From an uncultured Actinomycetes bacterium (GTDB lineage: Bacteria; Actinomycetota; Thermoleophilia; RBG-16-64-13), in NCBI GenBank assembly GCA_963841735.1, contig CAWJDT010000005.1, positions 160,001 through 224,000 on the forward strand: DNA of 64,000 bases. Reading direction: 5' to 3'. The position numbers and the translations under genes are program-made. Below, piece after piece: positions 1-12,249 of the stretch; within the stretch, counting starts at the first letter, position 1, and every line of letters begins with the position of its first letter. Under the pieces are notes generated by a model, which had not been told where the DNA came from, did no database searches, and saw only the letters and a list, made by a program, of their open reading frames with translations.

Positions 1-468
1 ACACCACCGAAGCCATGGCTGAGGCCAAGAAGATGACCGACTCCGGCAAGCAGGTCTTCGCCATTCCCGTACGACTACGTCGGCGCGCTCGAGCAGGCTC
101 CCGCGGTCGCCCTGGGTGTGCCCTACTTCAACTGGGGCCCGCGAGTACCTGAAGGCCGTCACCGCGGCCCGCGACGGCGAGTTTGGTCGAGCTACTGGGA
201 CTGGGTCGGTCCCGATTGGGCCGACATCAACAACCTCGACACGTCCATGATCGGCTTCGTGAAGGGTGAAGGCCTCTCCGCCGAAGCTTCCGCCAAGGTC
301 GACGAGTTCATCGCCGCACTGGCCGGCGGTCTGAACCTCTGGACCGGCCCGCTGAATCTGCAGGACGGCACCGCCTACCTCGCCGACGGCGAAGTGGCCA
401 CCGACCAGCAGGTCTGGTACCTGCCTCAGTTGCTCGAGGGCATGGAAGGCCAGAGCGTAGCCGAGTAG
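1..468 (+). CDS. BMP-family ABC transporter substrate-binding protein (C-terminal part, frameshifted)
   Basis: Reads PYFNWGP...LNLWTGPLNLQDGT...VWYLPQLLEGMEG, a typical BMP C-terminus. It lies upstream of a nucleoside-type ABC ATPase and permeases. Confidence 0.75.
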
Positions 469-501
469 ATCCTTCGACCTTGACGAAGAACGTATCCGAG
501 C

Positions 502-538
502 GAAAGGGGAGACCACGCGTGGTCTCCCCTTTCTGTTC
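502..538 (+). terminator. Perfect hairpin after the substrate-binding protein gene (terminator or mRNA stabiliser)
   Basis: GAAAGGGGAGACCACGCGTGGTCTCCCCTTTC is a perfect 32-bp palindrome followed by TGTTC. Confidence 0.75.
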
Positions 539-582
539 TACTGATCGTAGACCTAACCCGAAACCGATAGACCCCGAGGCCC

Positions 583-2050
583 GTGGAAGTCCGACTCACC
601 GATATCCGCAAGCACTTCGGCCCCGTCAAGGCCAACGACGGCATCAGCCTGACCGTTCCCGCCGGCACCATCCAGGGCGTCCTGGGCGAGAACGGGGCCG
701 GCAAGAGCACCCTCATGAAGATCCTGTCCGGCTTCCAGCCCGCCGACAGCGGCACCATCGAGCTCGACGGCCAGACGGTGCGTATGCGCTCTCCAGCCGA
801 TGCCATCAAGCACGGCGTGGGCATGCTGCACCAGGACCCGCTGGACTTCCCGCCCATGTCGGTCATCGACGACCTGCTGATCGGCGCACCGGGACGCATC
901 ATGCCCCGCAGAGCCGCAGGCCGCAGCCGCCGTCACCGAGCTGGCCGCTTCGCTCGGGCATCTCGCTGGACCTCAAGGCCGAGGTGGAGTCGCTGACCCT
1001 GGGCGAGCGGCAGCAGCTGGAGCTTCTCCGCCTGCTGTGGCTGGGAGCCCGGGTCCTCATCTTGGACGAGCCCACCACCGGCATCAGCGCGCGCCAGCGG
1101 CAGGAGCTCTTCGATACCCTGCGCCGGCTGGCCGCTCAGGGCAAGACGGTGCTCTTCGTCTCGCACAAGCTGGAAGAGGTGCAGGAGCTCTGCACCCGGG
1201 TGGCCGTGCTGCGCCAGGGCCGTCTGGTAGGCGAGGCGCTTCCCCCGTTCCGAGTGCGACCGGCTGGTGACGATGATGTTCGAGCGGGAGGTCTCGCCCG
1301 GCGAGCGGCACCACCTGCGTCGCCGGCAAGACGATATTCCGGCTCTCCGGCCTGAGCGCCGAACACGGCCGCATCCGCTTCGAAGGTCTTGATCTGGAAG
1401 TGCGAGCGGGCGAGACCATCGGCCTGGCGGGCATGGAGGGCAGCGGCCAGAGCCTCCTGCTGGAGACATGCGCCGGGCTGGCTCCCGCCACCGGGGGCCG
1501 CATGTTCCTGGAAGACGTCGACCTCACCGGCAAGCCGTACCGGCACTTCAAGCGGCGGGGCGTCGCCTACGTCCCCGCCACCCGCCTGGAGGAGGGGCTC
1601 ATGCCCGGGCTCTCTCTGACCGAGCACTTCCTGCTCACCGAGAAGAAGCCGGGATTCTTCATCAACCGCGAGAAGAGGCCGCAGGATCGCCCAGGAGCGC
1701 ATCGCCGAGTTCAACATCAAGGGCACACCCGACCAACGCGGTGGAGTCGCTCTCCGGCGGCAACCAGCAGCGGGCCCTGCTCGCCCTGGTCAAGCCCGGC
1801 GCGAAGCTCATGCTGCTGGAGCACCCCACCCGGGGACTCGACGTCGAGTCGGTCATCTACCTGTGGAGCAAGCTCAAGGAACGCTGCGGACAGGGAGAGG
1901 CCATCATCTTCACCTCGAGCGACCTTGACGAACTGCTGCGCTACAGCGACCGCATCCTGGTCTTCTTCGCCGGACGGGTCTCGGGGCCGCTGGACGCCGC
2001 CGACCACCTCGGTAGATGAGTTGGGCCAACTGATCGGGGGCGGCGAGCGA
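583..2050 (+). CDS. ABC transporter ATP-binding protein, two-domain sugar/nucleoside type (several frameshifts; end approximate)
   Basis: Walker A GENGAGKST, LILDEPT, VSHKLEEV and a second domain with LSGGNQQR are spread across ORFs 583, 480, 1400 and 1468. Confidence 0.85.
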
Positions 2051-3195
2051 ACTGACCGACGGCGCACCTCAAGCCACCGGCAGACCTGGATCAATCTGGG
2101 CCTTCAGCTCGGCGCCCTGGTGCTGGCCTTCCTGCTCACCAGCGTGATCCTGCTGATAGCCGGCGCTCCCCCCTTCGAGGCCTTCAAGCAGATAGCGCTG
2201 GGCGCTGTCGGGTCGGTCTCCGGCTTCTCGGACGTGCTCGTGGCCTGGGTGCCGCTGCTTCTGGCTATCGGCCGGTGTGCTGGCGACTTTCGCCGCCGGG
2301 CTGTGGAACATCGGCGTCGAGGGGCAGATCGTGCTGGGCGCCGCCCTCACCACGCTTGTCCTGCGTCTGCTGCAGAACACCACTCTCTCCCCCGCCCTCA
2401 TCATCGTGCTGGCCATGCTCGCGGGCATCTGTGGGCGGCATGCTCTGGGCCGTCCTGGCCGGCATCCTCAAGACCTTCGGCGGAGTCAACGAGATCTTCG
2501 GCGGCCTGGGGCTCAACTACGTGGCCCAAGCCCTCATCCTGTGGCTCATCTTCGGGCCCTGGAAACGCGCCGGGATCGCCTCCATGAGCGGCACCGAGCC
2601 CTTCCCCGAGCCAACTGGCCCTGCCCACAGTGGGGGGACGCGCCTCAGCCTTTGGTCGCTGGCGCTGGGCGTCGTCGCTGTCATCGCGGTGTACGTGCTG
2701 CTCGAGCGCACCCACGCCGGTCTGCGTCTCAAGGCGGTGGGACGCAACCGTCGCGCCGCCTTCCTGCTGGGTGTGCCTACCTGGCAGTACGGGTTGCTGG
2801 CCTTCGCCCTCTGCGGCGCGCTGGCGGGACTGGCCGGGGCCGTGCAGGTGACGGCCGTCTATCACCGCCTCATCCCCACGATATCCAGCGGCTACGGCTA
2901 CCTGGGGCTCATGGTCGGCATGCTCATCCTCTACCGGGCCATCTGGGTGGCTCCGATCGCACTGTTCTTCGCCGCGCTCAACATCGGCAGCATCCAGTCT
3001 GCCCATCGTGCTCCAGCTCGACTCCACTCTCTCCGGCGTGCTCCAGGGCGCCCTGGTGCTGTTCGTATTGGGGGTCGAAGGGGCACGGCAGCGCTACATC
3101 CGCCGGGCCAAAGCCGCGGCTTGGCGACCTCCGGCCGGGACCCCAGCCGCTCGCCGGTAGCCCACGCCTCCCCGGATAGCACGGAGGCCGGCTGA
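2050..3195 (+). CDS. ABC transporter permease (nucleoside type, frameshifted; start approximate)
   Basis: Contains AGLWNIGVEGQI, GGVNEIFGGLGLNY and GYGYLGL motifs plus hydrophobic helices. Confidence 0.8.
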
Positions 3196-4196
3196 TGGAC
3201 GGCACCACCCTAGTCGTCGGACTGGCCGGTGTGCTGACGGCGTCGGCCCCCATCTTGGTGGCCACCATCGGGGAGACGCTCGACCGAGCGGGCCGGCGTC
3301 ATCAACCTCTCGGTCAACGGCAGCATCGTCCTTTCGGCCATGGGCAGCTTCGCCGTGGCTGTCACCACCGGCAGCCTCGTGCTGGGCTTCATCACCGGGG
3401 CCGCCATCGGAGCGCTGGTGGCGCTGATCGTGGCCTTTGGCAGCATCACGCTGCGCCAATCGCAGGTGGCCATCGGCTTCGTGCTCACCCTCTTCTGCCG
3501 CGAACTGGCCTACTTCCTGGGCAATCCCGTTCATGAGCGAGCAGGGCCCCACCCTCGCGGTGCACCCCATCCCCCTGCTGGAGGACATCCCCGTTCTGGG
3601 CACCCTGCTCTTCAAGCACGACATCATGACCTACCTCAGCTTCGTGCTGATCGTCGTGGCCTGGTGGTGGGTCTTCCGCACCCGCCCGGGACTTGACGCT
3701 GCGGGCGGTGGGCGAGCGTCCCGAGGCGGCCTTCGCCCGGGGGTCCCGGGTCAACTTGATCAGATACCTCTACACCGTCGTGGGCGGCGCTCTGGTCGGC
3801 CTGGCCGGCCCCATGTTCTCCCTGGGCGTCAAGGCGGGATGGAAGGGCAGCATATCCGGGTTGGACGGCCTGGGCTGGATCGTGCTCGCCATCGTCATCT
3901 TCGGCGCCTGGAACCCCGTCCGCGCCGCGGTGGGCGCCTACCTCTTCGGACTGCTCCAGTGGCTTAGCGTGGTCCTCCAGCCAAGCCTCCAAGACATCCC
4001 CACGCAGGTGATCCAAGTGGCTCCCTTCCCCTTGATGATCCTCACCCTGCTGCTGGTCAACATCGGCAGCGCCGAGTGGGTGGAGCGTCTGCTGGCCTCA
4101 CTGCCGGAGCCGGTGCGACGGCCGATCGCCCGCTTCTTCCGCTGGCTGCGTGTTTCTCAGCCGAGCGGCCTGGGAATTCCTTTCGAGCAGGACTAA
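3195..4196 (+). CDS. ABC transporter permease (nucleoside type, frameshifted)
   Basis: Contains ERAGVINL, LRAVGERPEAA and GLGWIVLAIVIFGAWNP motifs. Confidence 0.8.
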
Positions 4197-4389
4197 CCTT
4201 GTGAGCGGGCCTGCGGCCGGCTTGGCTTGGCCACATGTACTAGTCTACTTCGGCGAAATCTAGGCCTCTTGGACAAAGCCTGAGCCACCCTGCGTTGCTA
4301 TGCTCAGCCCAAGTTCGTCGGAAGGCCGAGAAGCGTACCGAGCCGGCACACGAGACCAACACCGGCACAGCAGGGGTGATGGGAAGATC

Positions 4390-5709
4390 ATGAGACGGAT
4401 GACCATGTTTTGGGGCTGCACCATCCCCGCCCGTTTCCCCTTCATCGAGAAGGCCACCCGGGTCGCCCTGCAGGACCTGGGCGCGGAGCCGGTCGACCTG
4501 GCCGGGTTCACCTGTTGCCCCGAGGCCACCCTGGTCAGATCGGCCGACGAGGAAGTCTTCTACCTCACCGCCGCCCGCAACCTGGCCCTGGCCGAAGAAC
4601 AGGGTCTTCCGTTGCTGACTCCCTGCAACGGCTGCTATTCCACCTTCAAGACCGTCCTCGCCGACCTCAAGATCGACTGGCGGCTGCGCGACAGGGTCAA
4701 CCAGCATCTGGCCGCGAGCCGGCCTGTCTCTGAGCGGTGACCTCGAGGTCTGGCATCTGGTGGAATGGCTGAGCGAAGACCTGGGACCGGCCGCTATGGT
4801 CAAGAAGATCGACAAAACCGCTGTGGGGCATGCGCTTGGCGGTGCACCACGGCTGCCACCTGCTCCGGCCCAGTCCAGCCGTGCGCTGGGACAGCCCCAC
4901 CGCGCCCACCAAGTTCGAGGCGCTGGTGCGCTCCCTGGGCGCGACGGTGGTGGACTATCCCACCAAGATGGACTGCTGCGGCAACGCCCTCGACCGAGTG
5001 GGCGCGCCGGCAGGATTCGCTGGCCATGCTCGAGCGCAAACTCAGCGACGTCCGAAGCCAGGAGATCGACGCCCTGGTGGTCTCCTGCCCCTCCTGCTTC
5101 CTGCAATTCGACCTGAACCAGGCCGCTCAGACGCCGCGCGACCGGCGGCGACATACCGGTGTTCTACATCACCGAACTCATAGCTCTCGCTCTCGGCCAC
5201 AAGCCCGAGGAACTGGGGCTCGCCCGGCACCGGGTGGAGGTGGCGCCGTTCCTGGAGAAATGGGCGGTCAAGCTGGAGCAACGCAAGGCCCTCGCCGAGA
5301 GCCTTCGATGTTGGTCTACTGCAGACCTGCGCCAGTTGCGGCGCCTGCGACGCCGACTGCCCGGTGGCCCAGACCGACACCGACTTCGTGCCGTCGGCCA
5401 TAGTGGGCGCGCTGCTCGCGGACGGACCTGCAGGCGATGCTTGAGAACCCGGATGTATGGCGCTGCGTGGACTGCATGACCTGCTTCGAGCGCTGCCACA
5501 GCCGCATCGGCATGGCCGAAGTGTTCGAGAAGCTGAAGCGTCTTGCCCAGGCGCGCGGCCTGGAACCGGCCGCCGTCCGCGCCAACTACGAGGCCTTTCT
5601 CGCCAACGGGACGCTGGGGAGCGGCCGCGCGGCCGTGAGAGAGAAACTCGGGCTCCCCCCTCTGCCCGAAGGCGGCACCGAAGACTGGAAGACCGTCCTC
5701 GCCGGCTGA
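4390..5709 (+). CDS. HdrB-like CCG-domain protein fused to a C-terminal HdrC-like 2x[4Fe-4S] domain (frameshifted)
   Basis: Two CCG domains (FWGC...TCCP...PCNGC; HHGC...DCCG...SCPSC) are followed by CASCGACDADCP and CVDCMTCFERC. Confidence 0.8.
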
Positions 5710-5721
5710 GGAGGAGGAGTC

Positions 5722-6982
5722 GTGAGCGGGTGGACCTCATCGCTGCCGGCCCGCGGGCCTCCGCCCGCGGCGGCGACGCGCCGGGGCGGGAGTTCGCTCC
5801 CCGTCCCGCCTACCGCGAGGAGGCCGAGCAGCGCCTGCTGGGCGGCTGCGGGCTCATGGGCGTGTGCGACCAGTCGGGCGCCCGCATGAGCGGTGAGCTG
5901 GCCCTGCGCAGCATGGCCTCCATGCACGACCGGGGCAACGGCCTGGGCGGCGGTTTCGCCGGCTACGGCATCTACCCCGAGTTGCCGCATCTTTACTGCT
6001 TCCATCTGCTCTACAACGACGACGCGGCCAAGGCCGACACCGAGTACTACCTCAAGAAGCATTTCCGGGTGGTCATGGACGAGCCCATCCCCACCAAGCC
6101 CATCCGCGGCATCGAGAACGAGCCCATCCTGTGGCGATACTTCCTGGACATCGCCGAGGAGCGGCTGCTGGAGACCCAGCTCACCGAGGCCGACTACGTG
6201 GTCCACGCGGTCATGGACGTCAACACCCACATCGACGGCGCGTTCGTGGCCTCGTCGGGCAAGAACATGGGCGCCTTCAAGGGGGTCGGCTTTCCCGAAG
6301 AGATCGGGGAATTCTTCCGTATCGACGAGTACAAGGGCTGGACCTGGACCGGCCACGGCCGCTTTCCCGACCAACACCCCCGGCTGGTGGGGCGGTGCCC
6401 ACCCCTTCGCCCTGCTGGACTACTCCATCGTGCACAACGGCGAGATCAGCTCGTACGGCATCAACCAGCGCTACCTGCAGACCTTCGGGTACAAGTGCTC
6501 GCTGCAGACCGACACCGAGGTGGTCACCTATCTGTTCGACCTGATGCTCCGGCGGCACGGACTGCCCGTGGAAATAGCGTGCAAGGCTTTGGCCAGCCCC
6601 TTCTGGAAAGACATCGACCTCATGCCTGAGGAACAGCGCAAGCTGTTCACCGCTCTGCGCATGGTGTACGGCCCGGCCCTGCTCAACGGTCCCTTCGCCG
6701 TGGTGCTGGGCATGGCGGACGGCATGGTGGCCCTCAACGACCGCATCAAACTGCGGCCTTTGGTCGCCGCCAGCCACGGCGACGTGGTCTACGTGGCCAG
6801 CGAAGAATCGGCCATCCGCGAGATCTGCCCGCATCCCGAGAAGAGCTGGATGCCCATGGCCGGCGAGCCGGTCATAGCGCGGGTCAGCGAAAAGGGCCGG
6901 CAGAAGGCGTTGGCCCAGGCCAGACTGGGTGAGGGTCAGCGGCGAGCGGCCCCGGGCACCCGGCCGGCGGGGGTGCTCGTGA
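5722..6982 (+). CDS. Class II (Ntn) glutamine amidotransferase, split glutamate synthase subunit (GltB1-type)
   Basis: Contains [57 protein letters not shown] and DRIKLRP. A TGATG overlap with the next gene suggests the apparent fusion in the ORF track is an indel artefact. Confidence 0.85.
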
Positions 6983-8500
6983 TGGCCAACGCCACTTTCA
7001 TCCCCTCGGAGTTCAGGGTGGTCATCGACAAGGACGCCTGCATCCAGTGCGGCCGCTGCGTCAAGCAGTGCGGCTGGGGCGTCTACACGTGGGACGAGGC
7101 CGAGAAGCGGCCCGTGCCCGACCACAGCAAGTGCTCGGCCTGCCACCGCTGCGTGACCTACTGCCCGGCCGGAGCCATCAGCATCAAGAAGAACGAACTG
7201 GCCTTCAAGCGCTCCGACAGCATGTCGCCGGATCTGATCAAGGCCATCTGGAGGCAGGCCGAGACCGGAGGCGTGCAGCTCACCGGCATGGGCAACGACA
7301 AGCCCTACCTGCGCATCTTCGACCATCTGCTGCTGGACGCCTGCCAAGTGACCAACCCCTCCATCGACCCGCTGCGCGAGCCCATGGAGATGCGGACCTT
7401 CCTGGGCCGCAAACCCGACTTCGTAGAAGTGGCCGCGGGTGGGCCCGGCGGGCCGCGCCTGCTCACCGAACTCGACCGCCAGCTCCAACTCGAGACGCCC
7501 ATCATGTTCGGCGGCATGAGCTACGGCTCCGTGTCGCTCAACGTGCACCGCTCGCTGGCCCTGGCCGCCAAGGAGCTCGGCACCTTCATGAACACCGGCG
7601 AAGGCGGCCTCCATGCCGACCTCGAGCCCTACCAGGACAACATCATCGTGCAGTGCGCCTCCGGCCGCTTCGGAGTGGACTCCAGCTACCTGCAGGCCGG
7701 CGCAGCCGTGGAGATCAAGATAGGCCAGGGCGCCAAGCCCGGCATCGGCGGCCATCTGCCGGGCGAGAAGATCGACTACGAGGTCTCCCTCACCCGGATG
7801 ATCCCGCAGGGCACCGACGCCCTCTCCCCTGCGCCCCATCACGACATCTATTCCATCGAAGACCTGCGGCAGCTCATCTACGCCCTCAAGGAAGCCACCG
7901 GCTACAAGCCCATCTCGGTCAAGATCGCCTGCGTGCACAACATCGCGGCCATCGCCTCTGGGGTGGTGCGGGCCGGCGCCGACATCGTCTATCTCGACGG
8001 ATTCCGGGGCGGCACCGGCGCCGCTCCCACCATCATCCGCGACCACGTGGGCCTGCCCATCGAGATCGGCATAGCCACCGTCGACCAGCGCCTGCGCGAC
8101 GAGGGCATCCGCAACCGGGCTTCGCATCGTCGCGGCCGGCGGCATCCGCAGCTCCGCCGACGTGGTCAAGGCCATCGCCTTGGGCGCCGACGCGTGCGCC
8201 ATCGGCACCGCCGCCCTGGTGGCGCTGGGCTGCCACGTTTGCCAGAAGTGCCACACCGGCGCCTGCTCCTGGGGCATATGCACTCAGCGCCCCGAGCTGA
8301 CCCGCAGGCTCGACCCGGAGTGGGGCGCCTCGCAGCTGGTCAACCTCGTGCACGCCTGGACCCACGAGATCGCGGAGGTCTTGGGCGCTCTGGGTGTCAA
8401 CGCCATCGAGAGCCTGCGCGGCAGCCGCGAGCGGCTCCGCGGCCTGGGCCTGGACAAGACCACCCTGGACATCATGGGCGTGAAGCCCGCCGGACTGTGA
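6982..8500 (+). CDS. Glutamate synthase FMN-binding subunit with N-terminal 2x[4Fe-4S] (GltB2-type)
   Basis: [11 protein letters not shown] and [12 protein letters not shown]; [42 protein letters not shown]; [16 protein letters not shown]. One frameshift near 8120. Confidence 0.9.
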
Positions 8501-8513
8501 GAGCGAGCCGGCC

Positions 8514-9410
8514 TTGACCAGCCAGCAAGAGAGAACAGCGGTCCCCAACTCGGCGGTGGTGCGCAACGTGCCCACCGGCCCGGCGCGCAAAGGGCCCACC
8601 GGCATCGAACCGGCGCGCCTCACCGCCGGCCAGCCCGGCACCACGCGCGGCGCGGCCGCACGCAAGGGCAGGCGGTCGGTCATCGACAGCCGCGGGGTCT
8701 ACTACAAGACCTTGAACGAACAGATCCGCGAGGAGATCGAGCGGGGAGCCACCGAGGTGGTGCTCGACAACGTCATCGGCCAACGCTACATCGGCACCGG
8801 ACTGGCCTACCCGGGCGTCACGGTGACCATCAACGGAGTGCCGGGCAACGACCTGGCCGCGTTCATGAACGGCCCCACTCTGGTGGTCAACGAGAACGCT
8901 CAGGACGGAGTGGCCAACACCATGAACTCCGGCCTCGTGGTCATCAACGGCGACGCCGGCGACGTGATCGGCTACGGCATGCGAGGCGGGTCGGTGTACG
9001 TGCGGGGCGATGTGGGCTACCGCGTGGGAATCCATATGAAGGCCTTTGGCGACAGCCATCCCCTCCTCGTGGTGGGAGGCCATGCTCGAGACTTTCTGGG
9101 AGAATACATGGCCGGTGGAGAGATCGTCGTATTGGGCCTGGGCAAGGATGACGGCCCGATAGTGGGCTCCTACGTGGGCACCGGCATGCACGCCGGGGTC
9201 ATGTACATACGAGGAGAAGTGGCGGAGCATCAACTGGGCAAGGAAGTCCGCATGATGGAGCCGTCAGACGCCGACAGCGCCCGCATAGCCGAGATCGTCA
9301 CCGACTACTGCCGGTTGATGGACCTGGACCCGCAGGAGGTCATGCAGGAGCCGTTCGTCAAGATCTATCCCTATTCTTCGCGGCCGTACGGCCGCCTGTA
9401 CGTCTACTAG
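8514..9410 (+). CDS. Glutamate synthase GXGXG beta-helix subunit (GltB3/FwdC-like)
   Basis: Repeated [26 protein letters not shown] and [10 protein letters not shown]; ends [11 protein letters not shown]. Confidence 0.88.
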   Translation: MTSQQERTAVPNSAVVRNVPTGPARKGPTGIEPARLTAGQPGTTRGAAARKGRRSVIDSRGVYYKTLNEQIREEIERGATEVVLDNVIGQRYIGTGLAYPGVTVTINGVPGNDLAAFMNGPTLVVNENAQDGVANTMNSGLVVINGDAGDVIGYGMRGGSVYVRGDVGYRVGIHMKAFGDSHPLLVVGGHARDFLGEYMAGGEIVVLGLGKDDGPIVGSYVGTGMHAGVMYIRGEVAEHQLGKEVRMMEPSDADSARIAEIVTDYCRLMDLDPQEVMQEPFVKIYPYSSRPYGRLYVY

Positions 9411-9441
9411 AGTGCGCACCCGCACCGGAAAGGAGCAAGGA

Positions 9442-10776
9442 GTGGCAGAGAAGTTGACCAAGGAGGATGTCCTTCGAATCGTGGAGGACAAGCAGATCAA
9501 GTTCGTGCGTTTCTGGTTCACCGACGTTCTGGGAACCCTGAAGAGCTTCGCAGTGACCCCCGCCGAGCTGGAGGGCGCTTTCGACGAGGGCATGGGCTTC
9601 GACGGCTCGTCGATCGAGGGATTTCACCCGCATCGAAGAATCCGACATGATCGCCTACCCCGATCCCAGCACTTTCTCGGTGCTGCCGTGGCGGGCCGGC
9701 GCCGGCGGCGCGGCGCGGATGTTCTGCGAGATCCGCACGCCCGACGGCAACCCCTTCCCCGGCGACCCGCGCAACGTGCTCAAGAAGGTCGTCGCCAGAG
9801 CCGAGGCCCTGGGCTACACCATGTATCGTGGGCCCGGAGCTCGAGTTCTTCTACTTCGAGGACAGCAACGGCACCAAGGTGCTCGACCATGGTGGCTACT
9901 TTGACCTCACCACTCTCGACGCCGGCAGCGACCTGCGCCGCGACACCATCAACGCCCTGCACGCCTTCGGCATCCAGGTCGAGTACTCCCACCACGAAGT
10001 GGCGCCCTCCCAGCACGAGATCGACCTGCGGTACAAAGACGTGCTGACCATGGCCGACAACGTCATGACCTACCGTCTCACCGTCAAGGAGATCGCCGCG
10101 CAGAAGGGCCTGTACGCCACCTTCATGCCCAAGCCCATGTACGGCGTGAACGGCTCGGGCATGCACGTGCACCAGTCGCTGTTCAAGGGCGACCGCAACG
10201 CCTTCTTCGACGCCAGCGACCCGTGCAGCCTGTCCCCGGTGGGCCGCTCCTACATCGCCGGCCTGCTGGCCCACGTCAAAGAGATCGCCCTGGTCACCAA
10301 CCAGTGGGTCAACTCCTACAAGCGCCTGGTGCCGGGCTACGAAGCGCCCGTGTACATCTGCTGGTCGCGCAGAAACCGCTCGGCCATGGTGCGCGTGCCT
10401 CTCTACAAACCGGGCAAGGAGAACGCCACCCGGGTAGAGCTCCGCAACCCCGACCCGGCCTGCAACCCCTATCTGGCCTTCGCCGCCATGCTCGCCGCCG
10501 GACTGGACGGCATCGAGAAGGGCATGGAGCTTCCCGCCGAGCAGGGCGACAACATCTTCGAGATGACCGAGGCCGAGCGCGAACGCGGCCGGCATCGACT
10601 CGCTTCCCGGAGACCTGAACGAGGCCATCAAGGAGTTCGAGAAGTCCAGCTTCGTGCGCGAGGCGCTGGGCGATCACGTCTGCGACTACCTCATCCGCAA
10701 CAAGGTGGCTGAGTGGAACGAGTACAAGATGCTCATCACCCCGTACGAGCTCGAACGCTATCTGCCCAACCTCTAG
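9442..10776 (+). CDS. glnA: Glutamine synthetase type I (alpha), frameshifted
   Basis: Contains FDGSSIEGF, IEESDM, GPELEF, HHEVAPSQHE, ATFMPKP, NGSGMH, KRLVPGYEAP, NRSAMVRVP and RVELRNPD. Confidence 0.93.
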
Positions 10777-10793
10777 ACAACGATCCCTCCTGT

Positions 10794-10829
10794 CCGCCCG
10801 GCGGTCTCCGACCGCCGGGCGGCTTCTCT
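10794..10829 (+). terminator. GC-rich hairpin after glnA
   Basis: CCGCCCGGCGGTC-TCC-GACCGCCGGGCGG forms a 13-bp perfect stem followed by CTTCTCT. Confidence 0.7.
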
Positions 10830-10879
10830 GTGCCGCAAGTCTGGTGCCTTGCCCGCCGCGCGTTCTTTGGAGGAGTCCT

Positions 10880-11391
10880 TTGGTAGAGACCCTGCCCGTG
10901 ACCGGCGCCCGAGCCGTCACGGCTTTTATATGCGCCAACTGTTCGCGACCCTGGCCGGCCAGTCTGACCCCACCGGCTTGGCGCCTGCCGCAGCCGCCGC
11001 TGTTCGAGTGGCCCGTTCCGGTGCGCGAAGTCCTGGTGCCTGCACCGGACGGCTACAGCCCGAGCACGTGCTCAAGGCGTTCGAGTCGGGCGCCGACCTG
11101 GTGCTCACCGTGTCGTGCGAGCAGGCTGACTGCCGGTACCTCCAGGGCAGCGAGCGCTGGAGCCGCCGCGCGGACTACGTGAGGGCCATCCTCGACGAGA
11201 TCGGGCTGGGCGGCAACCGCCTGATGCACTTCCAGCTGACGGGCGCGACAGGGGCAGACGCCGTCCGCGACGCGGTGCTGCTGGCCCTTGAGGGGCTAGC
11301 CCCCAATCCTTTGCACCGCGAGCTCCCGGTCGATGCAGCCGAGGAGGCCTACCAACAAGTGGAAACGAGCGAGGAAGAGAATGAAGACTGA
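10880..11391 (+). CDS. mvhD: MvhD/FlpD-like [2Fe-2S] hydrogenase delta subunit (divergent copy, frameshifted)
   Basis: FICANC...VPCTGRLQPEHVLKAFESGADLVLTVSCEQADCRYLQGS...ILDEIGLGGNRL, with a GGAGGA RBS before the TTG start. Confidence 0.8.
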
Positions 11392-12238
11392 CCTTGGCCA
11401 GGCCCTCAGCTCCGGGCGGCTGCTGCTCACCGCCGAGTGCGTGCCGCCGCGCAGCGGCGGCGCAGAGGCCGTCCGCGCCCTCTCGGCCGCGCTGGCCGCC
11501 GAACCTTGACGCCGTAGTGGTGGCGGACAATCCGGACGAGATCCACGGTTCGGCGCTGGCGTGCGCCGCTCTGCTGGCCCGAGAAGGGCCGCGAGGTCAT
11601 ATTGACCATGGCCACGCGCGACCGCAACCGGATCGCTCTGGAAAGCGACGCCCTGGGCGCCTCCACCTTGGGTGTCAAGGGCATTCTCTGCCTCAGCGGC
11701 CAGCACCAGTCGCTGGGTGTATGCCCCCAGGCCGCGGGCGCCAACGACATCGATTCCTTGCAGCTCACTCAGGCCCTGAAGGGGCTCGAGACTCCCGAAC
11801 CTGCTGCTGGCAGCGGTGGCCCACCCCTATCTGCGACCCCTCGAACTGAACCTGATCAGGCTCAAGAAGAAGATCGCCGCCGGCGCGGACCTCCTGTTCA
11901 CCCAGCCGGTGTTCGACTTCGACGCCTTCGCCTCCTGGATGGACGCCGTGCGGGCCGCCGGGCTCGAGGGCCGGGCCGCCATCATAGCGAGCGTGCTCCC
12001 CCTCACCAGCGTGGAGCAGGCCGAGTTGCTCCGGCAGCGGCAGACCTACGGACCTCTGGACGAAGCCGTGATCGCCCGCCTGAACGAAGCCTCCGACGCC
12101 GCCAAGGAAGGACTGGCCATAGCGGCCGAGATCGCCGGCCGGCTCAAGACGGTCCCCGGCGTCCGCGGCATCCATATCCTGTGTGGCGGCGCCGAAGCCC
12201 TCTCGGGCCAGGTCGTCCAGGCGGCGGGACTGGCGTAG
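11381..12238 (+). CDS. metF: Methylenetetrahydrofolate reductase-like protein (MetF family, divergent, frameshifted)
   Basis: Contains LTAECVPP, VVADNP, TRDRNRIALESD, GILCLSGQH, RLKKKIAAGADLLFTQPVFD and PGVRGIHI. Confidence 0.82.
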
Positions 12239-12249
12239 GTGAGCATGTC

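Noticed and set aside
5893-8517. 874-aa GATase-FMN fusion shown in the ORF track
   Set aside because: A TGATG stop/start overlap at 6980-6984 and a non-conserved linker suggest two genes joined by an indel.
5722-10776. N-methylglutamate pathway reading (mgsABC + gmaS) for methylamine use
   Set aside because: The glnA product keeps the canonical GS flap PGYEAP and IEESD motifs of true glutamine synthetases, and no N-methylglutamate dehydrogenase genes are seen. This is not excluded for the second cluster.
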